Shown piece after piece: positions 51,454 through 62,583 of a DNA stretch of 64,000 nucleotides. The notes beneath the pieces are model-generated. The model saw only the letters and a list, made by a program, of their open reading frames with translations, was not told the origin of the DNA and searched no databases. The stretch lies in the NCBI RefSeq assembly GCF_018350175.1, contig NC_058373.1:103666001-103730000 (forward strand), in the 5' to 3' direction. This DNA comes from Felis catus. Its lineage: Eukaryota. Every line of letters starts with the position of its first letter. Position 1 is the stretch's first letter. Both the position numbers and the translations under genes were made by a program.

Positions 51454-52214
51454 TTGTTTAGATTTATTTATTTATTTATTTATTTATTTATTTTGAAAGA
51501 GAGAGCAAGCGGGGTAGGGGCAGAGAGAGAGAGATGGGAGAGAAAGAATCCCAAGCAGGCTCCACACCACACAGCCCAATGTGGGGCTCGAACTCACAAA
51601 CCAGGAGATCATGACCAGACCAAAATCAAGAGTTGGATGCTTAACCAACTGAGCCACTCAGGCTCCCTTAATAAACGTATTCTTGATGGATGGAAGAATA
51701 AACGAATGAGTGAATGCAAGAGAACCATGGTTGTTCCCTAACACTTATCATAGTTAATTATTCACTCTACCTAAACCACATCTACATCCCCCCAAATACA
51801 AACGCGATATAATATAAAATGATCTAACAGAATTAAGGGACATTTCAGGGGGGAAAATGCTCACGCGCACACACACAAGGAATGCTTTTGTCATTCCTGT
51901 GACTCTCCCCTGTCGTCATTCTGGAGACTCTTGTTTTGTAGCCACTGAGAACTGACCCCAACTTGATCCCTTTTTTCTGCCTTCCTGGGTGATCTTTTAA
52001 ATTTTTTTTTTCAACGTTTATTTATTTTTGGGACAGAGAGAGACAGAGCATGAACGGGGGAGGGGCAGAGAGAGAGGGAGACACAGAATCGGAAACAGGC
52101 TCCAGGCTCTGAGCCATCAGCCCAGAGCCTGACGCGGGGCTCGAACTCCCGGACCGCGAGATCGTGACCTGGCTGAAGTCGGACGCTTAACCGACTGCGC
52201 CACCCAGGCGCCCC
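50281..52214. mobile_element. SINEs at ~50281-50510 (+), ~51405-51668 (-) and young 52001-52214 (-); LTR16-like relic ~50600-51123
   Basis: TSDs agaattgaatatatgc, cttaataaac(a/g)tattctt and ctgggtgatctttta; LTR-like end aaactacctgcac...tctcag...gaacccaaggcaaaaca. Confidence 0.8.
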
Positions 52215-53269
52215 TGGGTGATCTTTTAGATATAATTTGGATCTGCACAGACTTCCCTTCAGAGATTCCTCCAGGGGATAAGGCAGTCATATCAAAAACT
52301 TCAGGTCTTCTATGAGTTTTTAGGATCACTCAGAGCTGGGGTGACAAGGCTCATAATCCCCATATTTTACCTGGATCCCTATAGTAAAAGACCAAGCCAT
52401 CTTGGCACCAAGAAGAGAAACTCATCTTGAAAGGCATCTCAGGGTGCCAGCAAGCTCTGTTCAAATTCCGTTACCCTCTCTCTGCACTTCCTGTGCAACT
52501 GTGATGATTTTTCTCTGCGACCTGTATATTCCACTTGTGGTGATGCCGAGCCCGGCAGGAGGGGAGGCAGGACCTCTGTGGGAGAATGTAGTGAGAGTGA
52601 TCACACACCCCTCTGTAGCCAGGAAGGCTCAGCACCTTTGTTCCTGCAGCTGGAAGGCAGATTCTCTCAGTAGCTTAAGTGGAGTCTTAAAGCCTTACTT
52701 ACTATAAAACATTTGAAACAATTGCAAGTTTGTACATGATCTTATTTTAAATTTAGTTCCCCATTTAAATGAGAAATTAAGCTCTTAGCAATGTCTGCAA
52801 CAAAAGTTGTAGTTGTAGCAGACTTAAGTAAGTTTAATATTGTCTTGCGATCAGCCATGACTTATCGGTTAGGATGCTTTTGGTTGCAAGTAACAGAAAC
52901 TCCAGATCAAACCAACTTGAACAATAAGAAATTTATTTTCTCACATAACAGAAAGAAAAGAGGTACATTTCCCGGGCTGGTTGAGTCAGCAGCTCAAAGA
53001 TGTCATCAAGGACCCAAGTTTTCTTTGCTCTACCATGTTAAGTGTTGGCTTCGCCTTTGGGAGTGAGAAAGTTGTAGCAGTCAGTCCCAAGCTTCACACC
53101 CAGACCCCATAATCCAGAGGAAAAAGACTACCTCATCTAGTGGTTCCCTTTAGGAGAAAAGAAACATTTCCCAATGCTCCCCCACCCCATCTGATTTTAT
53201 CTTGTATCTCATATCTAGAAGAGGGTCTTAGCTTGAGCTAAATTATGCTCCAGTAAGAAATAATCCCCA

Positions 53270-53596
53270 GGATATGAGGACGAGCTGGCTGTGACATCTG
53301 TCACCCCATTGATGGCCAAGGTTGATTTGGCTGATCTGGCTGCCTAGGTGGGTGTCGCCTTCCTCTCTTATGGCTCCATGTGTGTCCCTCCCAAAGCTGC
53401 CCACTCACCTGTGCTAGAGGGCAACCTTCCCCAGTAGAGGAGGATATTTCTTCAGTCAATGGTATTCAGATAACTCCTCTGCTAGAACCTCCAAACAAGC
53501 TCTAGAGGTCCAGTTGTAGAAGGTAGGGTCAGTCAAGCTTCTGAGATTCCAGATACCTCCAAATGAGGTGCTGCATGTGGCAGCCTGCCTTTCTCT
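53270..53596 (+). pseudogene. Full-length processed 7SK snRNA (RN7SK) pseudogene
   Basis: Colinear with 7SK from the 5' end (GGATATGAGGACGAGCTGGCTGTGACATCTGTCACCCCATTGAT) through CTGCTAGAACCTCCAAACAAGCTCT to the 3' end (CCAAATGAGGTGCTGCATGTGGCAGCCTGCCTTTCT); 327 nt; many CpG>TpG changes; A/purine tail follows; no PSE/TATA upstream. Confidence 0.95.
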
Positions 53597-53706
53597 AAAA
53601 GAAAGAGAGGAAGGAAGGAAGAAAGGAAGGAAGGAAGGAAGGAAGGAAGGAAGGAAGGAAGGAAGGGAGGGAATAAGGAAGAAAAGGAGGGAGAGAGGGA
53701 AGGAGG
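53597..53706 (+). repeat. Polypurine tract with (GGAA)10, derived from the 7SK copy's A-tail
   Basis: Begins aaaagaaagagagg directly after the 7SK 3' end; ten perfect GGAA units at 53625-53664. Confidence 0.9.
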
Positions 53707-54765
53707 ACCCCCAAATCTCGCTGGTTTCACACAGCAAACGTTTACTTTTTGCTTCATGCAAAGTCTGCCGTGAGTCCAGAGACTTTCCAGGATGGTGATC
53801 TCCTTGGGTTGGCTCAGAAATCTTGTGGTACCTGCCTGTCCAAACATTCTTTCACAGTTGCTGTGTCAGAGGAAGAGAGTGGTGGAAGGCCTTGTGCAAC
53901 AATCTAACGTTGAACCCTGGAATGATACTTGTCACGTTGGTTCATGGCCCATTAATTATATGGCCCCATCCATTTGCAAGTGGATGGAGAAGCGTGATCT
54001 TCCTATGCCTTAGGGATGGACTGTAGAACCAAATAGGGAGGGTGCTGGAAAGTCTCTGTCACTGTGCTCAGTACTGATGAATAGCTTGCAAGGGGGTGGG
54101 AGAGTGATGAGCAGTGTTGTAAGATTAGGCTGATCTAAAACAGGATGGATGTTGGGGATTGAACCATAAATCTACCCCAGGTGGTTTGAATATTAAGAAG
54201 ACAACAAATATAAACCTTTGAGACTCTTGGCAAATAACACAGAAATCAGAGAGCAGGTCGTTCTGGGTTGACCATGTATTGATTACTCAATTTTTTTTAT
54301 TTGATTATAAGAGAAAAGAATGACAATTCCAGTAACCTGTGTTAGAATCTCACCTGAACACATCACCACCCTCTACCTGAAAAGTCCCATCTGCTTAAAC
54401 AATTCAAATTGGGAGATACAGATTTTTTTACATCAGGATTGATTTGGACTTCACAACTGAATATTTGAGAGCCCATAAAATATGCTTTTCAACCCTGCAG
54501 AGCGATCTCTATTAATTAAAACTCAGTTACATGGCTAGTGATCACACCCAGTCCTGGATATAAGAAACAAGTGGATGGGCAACTTTTGGAAGCTCTTTTT
54601 TCCTATAAAACCAAACCTAGGACACTGTAAAGGGTTTTTCGGGTCCCCTCAATTTCTCAAAATGGGACTTGCCTACTCTAAAAGGTAGTGTCGGCCTCAT
54701 TTTTGAAAACTTCTTTTAACCCTCTTGCCCATCCAGTGACCAGCTGCATTAAAATTCTTTAGAGA

Positions 54766-55160
54766 GGGGCAGCCCTCAGTCATCCGTTGAGCATCAGGCT
54801 TCATCTCAGGTCATGATCTTGCAGTTCGTGAGTTCAAGTCCTACATCAGGCTCTGCACTGACAGTGCAGAGCCTGCTTGGAATTCTCTCTGCCCCTTCCC
54901 CACTTGCACTCTCTCTCAAAATAAATAAATAAACTTTAAAGTAAATAAATAAATTCCTTAGAGAATTTTAAAACCTTGCACAAACAGGGGAAAAAAAGGT
55001 AAATAAATGGATAAATATAAATATATAAATAAATGTATACATAGAAGCAGCTCAAGTTTGGAGATTCTGCTTGAATAGCTGTGGTATGTGGTGCTGGAAT
55101 CTGGATTTTTCTAAAGTATCCCAAGTAATCACGACACAGCGCCAGGTTTCGCATCACTGC
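54766..55160 (+). mobile_element. Can-SINE (~54766-54945) and MER5-like relic (~55040-55160)
   Basis: SINE body flanked by aaattc(t/c)ttagaga; MER5-like gagattctg...ggaatctggattttct...tcactg end. Confidence 0.7.
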
Positions 55161-55629
55161 AATCTGTCAACAGGTAAAGGGCCCCCCATTGACGTTGTTT
55201 TTTTCTTCACCTGATCGTTACTTTATGGAACAAATAACAGTTCTCATTAGCTTGTTAGGGAAAACAAAGTGACATTTATTGAGCCTAATAGAATGATAAA
55301 TCCAGTCTGCAGGCACTTTATTGTGTCTACAATTAGTTATTTTGTTTGTCGGTGCTTTTCTGATAAGCTGGATGAGGATATTTCCAAAGGAAGCACGGAC
55401 ACTTTTTTCTGATTTGACTCCTTATAGGATAACTTTTAACGTAACTGAGCCTGTTTTTAATATAGTTGTCTCTTTTTATATGCAGAAGTGTTTGCTAGTG
55501 TTCATTGCTTGCCACTTACCGTGGCAAATATTGGACGATAGAAAACTTGCCTCCACTCTCTGCACCTCAGTTAATTCATCTGTGAAGTGGACGTAACAGT
55601 AGCATCTATTGCAAGAGGTTGTTAAAAAG

Positions 55630-57022
55630 CAAACAAGACAGAACAGAGAACCGAGAAACAGACTCACGCAGATACGCCCAATGGAATTTTGACATGGTTG
55701 CGGAAGAAACTGAACAGAGGAAAATGGCTTTTTCAAGTTTCCGGTGCTGAAGCGATTGGACATCCTTTGGGTGTGGGGCCCCGGGCGGTGGGGGAAGACC
55801 TCCCTTTGTCTTGCATCATATACAAAAATGCACTCAAAACAGATTGTGGCCTTAAGTGGAAAATGGAAAGCTATAAAACCTTTAGAAACAAACATAAGGA
55901 AAAAAAGCTTGAGGATCTAGGGCTAGCAAGTTCTTACAGCTGACACCAAAAGCATGACCCATAGAAGGAAAAATAGATAAATTGGACTTTATCAACATTG
56001 AAAAGTTTGCTCTGCAAAAGCAAAACAAAAAAGCCCGTGAACACAATGAAAAACAAAGCTACAGACTGGGAAAAAATATCTCAAGGTGTGTACTAATAAA
56101 GACTAGTAATCTACAATATATAAAACTCAAAACTCAAGAGTAAAAAAAAAATCCAATGGAAAATGAGCAAAAGCTGTGAAGAGACATTTCATCCCAAAGT
56201 AGGTAGAAACTGTAAGAAGCACATGAAAATATGTTCAACCTCATTAGGGAAATGTAAAATAAAACTACAATGAAACATGGGTACACACCTAGCAGAAAGA
56301 CTAACATAAAAAATAGTGACAAACCCAATGTGGGTGAGGACGTGGAAAAACTAGATCGCTCGTGCATTCGTCGTGGGAACGTAAAACAGTCTGGCAATTG
56401 CTTAAGAAATTAAACGTGCAACAATCATACAACCCAATAATTACTCCTGGGCATTTATCCCAGAGAAATGAAGACTGACATTCACACACAAACCTGTACA
56501 GGAATGTTTACAGAAGCTTTATTTCTAACAGCCAAAAGGAAACCACCCAGATATCCTTTACCAGGTGAGTGGGTAAAAAAAATGGCACATCCATACCACG
56601 GGATGGTCCTCAGCACTAAAGGAGCATGAACTACTGACACGTGAAACGATCTGGATGAATCTCCATAAAATTATGCTGAGTGGGGGGAAAAAAACCCACA
56701 AAAGATTCTGTGCTGCATAATTCCATTCATATTAATGACAAATGTATAGAAATGGAGAACAGACTAGTGGCTGCTAGGGGTTACGGAGAAGAGGGGGTGA
56801 GAGGGAAGTAGGTGTGTCTATAGAAGGACAACACGAGGGACCCAGGGGTGATGGAAATACTGTGTATCTTGACCGTATCACTGTCAGTATCCTGGTTCTG
56901 ACATTGCTCTTGTAAGATATGACTGCTGGGAGAAACTGGATAAAGGATGCCCAGGCTCTCTCTTATTTCAGACATTGACGTGTGAATCTACAATCATCTC
57001 AAACTAAAAAGTTTCATTGAAA
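55630..57022 (+). mobile_element. Old L1MC-type 3' fragment
   Basis: tgacaccaaaagcatga...ctcctgggcatttatcccagagaaatgaa...ctgtgtatcttgac...gtgaatctacaatcatctcaaa. Confidence 0.85.
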
Positions 57023-58429
57023 TAATCAAATGAGTTAATATCCATGACAGACGCATAGTAAGTCTTTAGTACCTCTTAGCTGTTACTAATTGCACTTTCC
57101 TGCAGTCACTTGGTACAACTTCCGTTTTGTCCATCTGTCCCTTCTGAAATACCATGCAGCAATGGTACAGCGGTGACACAGTGGCAGCTGGAGTCACCCT
57201 CAACTTCTCACCCCAACTCTGATAGTCATGAATCAGCCGTGTGACATTAGGCGAGATAAAAATCTTTCTCCTGCCTTCTTTTCTTCAGAAATGAGGATAC
57301 TAAATCCCCCTCTACCCCTCATCACGGGGCGTTTAGGTTTGTTTGCTTGTTTAAGAATCAAATAGATGATGTACAGGGAGGGAGGAAGCTTTGAAAACTG
57401 TTAAGTGCTACCAAAATGCTACGCATTGCACATACGCTTATTAAATACCTCGTACTCCTCTACTACCGCTATTACTAATAAATATGACCATTTACTCGCT
57501 TGAAACCCTAGTTGGAATTTGGCATGCAAATTTCCTGAGTGTTGCTCATTTGCATTGGAAAAAAGGAAAGAGGTGGGAGGCCTTTTGAAGCCTTTTGAAA
57601 ATTGAGCTCAGGGGGGGATGAATTCTTATCACTGGGCCCAAGGTATAATTGATTTTCTACACAATGGCTCACAGGTGCTACATTTAACACCCTGAGTAGT
57701 AGGAGGAAGGAAATGTATCCCAAGGTGCAGCTTTAACTTAAAATATCTCCAGAGTCAGCACCTCCACTCGGAAAGGCTGAGGAGCCTGGGGGCTGGGGTA
57801 CCCCACCTTTCCTCCAGTTGTCTGAATGCGCTGAGGGAGACACCTGCTCCTCACTTACTTCTCACCCCACTCAGAGAATTGGGCCTCAGGTTTCTTATTT
57901 TCAGTGGCCAGATGCCAACAGCCCCTCTTTTCAGGCCTGGCTCACGAGGTTAGGGAAGAACACAGGGCAAGCCCACCATGAAATACATATTAATATTATA
58001 ACAACCCTTTCAGAATTCACTGTTGCTATGTCAACAAAGCAGCTGGGGAAATTGGGTCTTTGGGAAATTGGGAAATGAGGTCGGCTTTGGCAACATGGCA
58101 AATGTTTCCTTCTCTCAGAACAATTGGTCTGTGACACCAGCCAGCCTTTTTCTACCTACCCTTTCTCCTGCTTATTTGTGGGAAACTGAGAAGCAAAACA
58201 GTGGTCATTAAGATTTGGGGTTAGGGAGCTTCTGCGTCATGGAAAAAGTGACAGAAATAAAAATTATTTCCCTCTCCCCCTCGTCGCCTGTTTATGTCAG
58301 TTTCTCGGTCCCAACTTGGACGCCACCGGACTGAACGTGGATGCTGTACCCAGCTCTGTGACTTTAGATGAATTACTGACCTCATCGCAGTCTCAATTAC
58401 CTCGTCTTATGAAACAAAGGTATATTCGT

Positions 58430-58602
58430 AAGACCCGCCACACAATTTGTGGGGCTCAATACAAGGTAAAAATGCACGGCCCCCTGTTCAAAAATTAAGG
58501 ATTTCAAGATGGCGACAGCAGAACATTAAACCAAGCACAGTGCCTTTGTAAGGACAGGCCTCGTGTGAAGGCCCAGGTCTCAGACCCATGAAGCTGGCCC
58601 TA
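58430..58602 (-). mobile_element. MER45A-like hAT-Tip100 MITE
   Basis: ttgtggggctc...aaaatgc..ggccccctgttcaaaaatta...atttcaagatggcgacagcagaacattaaaccaagc...cccatgaagctggccct. Confidence 0.75.
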
Positions 58603-59721
58603 TGTATCAGTTATGACTCCAGGCTGACAAATGAGAGAAGTCAAGTCACACTCATTCCTCAGAAAGATAACTTAACAGATGGTTACCGTGGTGTCGTGGA
58701 AGCCAAAGGAGAGTTGAACAAATGAGGGGCCATCCCCCAGCCTGGTGGAAAAGCAGAGCCCAGGCACCTCCTGAGTTTTCTGTGCCACAGCTTCAGCCAC
58801 CAGAGAGACTCGCTGACTTGCTCCCGTGGTCTCCTGGATTAAGTGAGGTGCCCACTGTAGACCAATCAACCCTGAATGGGGGCCCCGGTAAATTTCAGAG
58901 TAGAAATTTACCAGAGTAGAGGGCCAGCAGGTAATCCCACAGCTGCCCTTGGTGTTATGTAAGAACAAAGATAGCAGATTTCACCTCACTGCTGCCGCAG
59001 GTCTATTGGTTAGCAGCTGCCTAGACAGCGGGGTAGACAAGGTGCCTGGGGCCACACTGGAGTGTCTCGAAGGCAGGCCATCATGCTGTCTCCCATGATG
59101 CCGTCTCCCATGATGATGATGCTGGGCTGGAGGGTCGGCCCAGGTGCATGCACGTGCCAACTGTGGACAAGATTCCGTGAGCTCAAAGTTTTCTTACAGC
59201 CCTCACATTCTCGAGTATTTCCTCTCTGCTCCTGCTCATCCCCAAAATCAACTTTCAGGAAGCCTTCATGTGTAGGGATAATTTATTTCATTCAATAGAT
59301 GTCGGTGAAATGTGATTAAATCTTTTAAAATTAAATGGATGTATCTGGAATACACGAGAGAAATGCTCTAGCTTAAGCAATTCTGAAGTGAATCCTTTGG
59401 TAAAGCAGACTCTTATTTAAATTGAATAGCCACTTAGCTCCTTAGCAAATCTGAATTTTTATGTAGAGTGCTTTGCTTAAGATAGAGAGACTGAGGATCT
59501 GGCTTGGAAAGACAACCACTGAGAAGGTGATGGGTCTGCAGCTTGCAGAAAAAGGTATAACAGCCCTCAGTCTATCCCACTCCCACCTAGATGTCAGTGG
59601 AGAATTTCCCTTCATCTGGACCTTTTGGGTGGCTTGTCCCCTTTAAGGATGCCTGAGTGTTTATTCTAGCATGAGTCCACCTGTAGGGTAGGGGTTTTTG
59701 TTGTTATTTTTTTGGTAGGAT

Positions 59722-60020
59722 TGTTACGGAAACTGGTCTGGATCACCCGGCCGAAGAACCAAGCGGCACTCGGAGATCTTGGAAGGCAGGAGGTTTATTT
59801 TACCCTGGCAGGCTCAGAGGAGATCATTCTCCGGAGGTCTGAGCCCAGAGCATCAACAGAGGGGACAATTTATAGTCTGTTACTCCTGCATCCCTCAAGA
59901 GTAGTAATTGGGCGCCTGAGGCAAGCAGGGTGGGAAGAACCGGAAGGGAGGTCTTCAGGCAGGGACTGAAATTCCCTTATCAGTCCCGTCTGCCATCATA
60001 TAACGGATTTTTCCCTAACA
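59722..60020 (-). mobile_element. Solo LTR, probably ERV1 class (299 bp)
   Basis: Terminal inverted ends TGTTA...TAACA; 4-bp flanks GGAT (59718-59721) and GGAC (60021-60024); on the minus strand a TATAAA (rc of tttata near 59870) precedes an AATAAA (rc of tttatt near 59795). Confidence 0.8.
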
Positions 60021-60060
60021 GGACAAGGAGGGGACAAATCAGAGTGACAGAGCTTTAGAC

Positions 60061-61096
60061 CAGTGCTGTCCACTGTGGTAGCCACCAGCCACCTGTAGCT
60101 GTTGAGCACTCGAGACGAGGCAGGACTGAACCAGACTGAGTCAGGATGGTCTGTATGTGTCTACACACTGGATTTTGAAGACACCATATGAAAAAAGAAC
60201 GTAAAATATCTCAATTTTATTATTTAGTGATTACATGTTGAAATGATCACTTCTTCATATACCAGGGCAAATAAATCGTATTCTACTTTTTTTAAGTTTT
60301 GTTTATTTATTTTGGGGAAGGAGGGACACAGAGAGAAGGAGGGAGAGAGAAGCCCAAGCAGGCTCTGCCCTGACAGCGTGGAGCCCAACTTGGGGCTCGA
60401 GCTCACCAGCCGTGAGATCATGACCTGAGCCAAAAACAAGAGTTGGACGCTTAACCAACTGAGTCACCCAGGGACCTCAATAAAACGTATTATTGATTTA
60501 ACCTGTTTCCTTTTACGATTTATTTATTTATTTATTTATTTTTAAGATTTTGTTTTTATTTTTATTTTTTTTTAAATTTTTTTTTAACGTTTATTTATTT
60601 TTGAGACAGAGAGAGACAGAGCATGAACGGGGGAGGGTCAGAGAGAGAGGGAGACACAGAATCTGAAACAGGCTCCAGGCTCTGAGCTGTCAGCACAGAG
60701 CCTGACATGGGGCTTGAACTCACGGACCACGAGATCATGACCTGAGCTGAAGTCGGCCTCTCAACCGACTGAGCCACCCAGGCGCCCCTAAGATTTTATT
60801 TTTAAGTAATCTCTACACCCAACTTGGGGTAACCCAAGACATCAAGAGTCACGTTCTCCCGACTAAGCCCACCAGGCACCTCCCTTTTTACTTTGTAATG
60901 TGGCTAGTAAGAAATGTAAAGTAATTAGGGATGCCTGGGTGGCTCAGTCGGTTGGGCATCCAACTTCCACTCAGGTCATGATCTCTCCGTTCACGAGTTC
61001 GAGCCCCGCATCTGGCTCTGTGCTGACAGCTCAGAACCTGGAGCCTGCTTTCGATTTGGTGTCCCCCTCTCTCTTTTTGCCTCTCCCCTGCTCATG

Positions 61097-61135
<39 letters not shown>

Positions 61136-61213
61136 AAATAAAAATAAACATTAAAAAAAATAAATGTAAAGTAATTCAAGTGGCTTACATTATATTTCTA
61201 CCGGGCAGAGCTG
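60061..61213. mobile_element. hAT-Charlie MITE (MER33/MER3-like) interrupted by four SINEs
   Basis: Inverted ends CAGTGCTGTCC / GGGCAGAGCTG; 8-bp flanks CTTTAGAC / CTCTGGAC resemble the Charlie NTCTAGAN target; internal gtagccac and tgattacatgttgaaatga motifs; SINEs at ~60286-60477, ~60515-60880 (with a nested copy ~60560-60788) and ~60927-61160. Confidence 0.8.
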
Positions 61214-62389
61214 CTCTGGACCCTGCTGTCCAGCGGTGGTCCTGGGCGTGGCCATGACGCCTCACTGATGAAAGGTTTTCCAAAGCCCAAGATGAGAGTA
61301 GGTCAGATTCAGGGAGCCTCGCCAGAGGACAGAGGTTAAATAGGGACAGAAGGGCGGATGTGTTCCGCTTCAGGGCTAGACTGACAACAGTGTCCGAAAG
61401 AAATTTACAGAATCGTAAAAGTGGAAGCCACAGATTGACATCTGTGCTGTTATACCCGTACAGTTTAATCGACCCTGTCGTGAAGGATTAGAGTGAGCTG
61501 CAAATCCTCAAGACCTCTCCCGCCAGGTTGTCTGCACTCCCGGCCCTCCGGGCACCCCACCCTTTGAGTCGGGGCAGGCTCGGTGACTGCTCGGCCAATG
61601 CTGGGTCCAGCCTTTAAGAGGACTACAGTTTCTGCTTCCTTCCTCTAGAGCTTTGAGCCACCATGGAAAAAAAAAAAATCCCACTCCCTTTCTGGAGAGT
61701 GGGACTCCATGGAAGAGAGGGATCCAGCTGAGTCCATCCTGCCAGATGTCGACACTGAGGGACCAGGACGTGCCAAGTGATGCTGTCTTGTGTTCTTCAG
61801 ACCAGGCACTAACCCGCCAAGTATCTATCCCAGCTGATACCACTAGAACAAACAAATCACCCAGCAGAACCCTGCCCAGACTCCTGATCCAAAGACTTAC
61901 AATAAAAATAAAGTTGGTCGATGTTTTAAGTCACTGAGTTTTTAGTGGTTTATGATGCGGCATTAAACAGGCCGCCCTGCAAATCCTCCACTGTTGGCTG
62001 TGTTTGCAAAAAGACACTGGCGCTCTGGTCAAATATGCATTTAGTCGCTCACCATTCCTTTGGGAACATAAGGGTCTGGAAAAGGAAGCAGTAGAGAGGG
62101 ATATTAAGGCCGACTGGGCCTTAATTAGAGTCTGGAAATTCAGAGTTTTGAATTCAAGGCTCAGGAGTTAGATTTCATTCACAGGCATAGAGCGCCACTA
62201 AATGATCTGAACAGGGAGTAATGTGATCAGAGCTGCGCTTTAGAAACATTATTCAACGGCTTCGTGCAAAACGGCTTGGGGAAGGGAGAGATTAAGAGTG
62301 AGGAGGCCAATTAGATCATCCCACATCCAGCATCTCAGATGAAAAGCAAAACTGTCAGAATCCCAGGTAGTGACAGAAGAAAAGTTCCC

Positions 62390-62583
62390 GTGTTTCTCAA
62401 CTGGGATGACACTGAGCCTGGGGGACACTTGGGAATGTCTAGGGCTGTTTCTGCCACAGTGACAGGCAGGCACTGCTAGCATTTGGTGGGCAGGGTCAGA
62501 AATGTTAAATGACCTGCAGTCCATAGGACAGTCCCACAAAATGAAGGATTGTCTCATCCACTATGCCCTGTTGAATAATACTG
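62390..62583 (+). mobile_element. MER20-like hAT MITE within L2 relics
   Basis: tttctcaactggg...ggacacttgggaatgtct...gctagcatttggtggg...caggacag-like...gttgaataatactg. Confidence 0.65.

Larger units (their letters stand above)
52860..54030 (-). mobile_element. Old ERVL/MaLR LTR relics hosting the 7SK copy
   Basis: ggttgcaagtaacagaaac...aatttatt (52860-53210), then ttatgctccagtaagaaataatcccca|aatctcgctggtttcacacagcaaacgtttactt, which is contiguous once the 7SK insert is removed. Confidence 0.65.

Noticed and set aside
53270..53596. Functional 7SK gene
   Set aside because: CpG decay, mutated first GATC, no upstream PSE/TATA, no T4 terminator, A-tail present.
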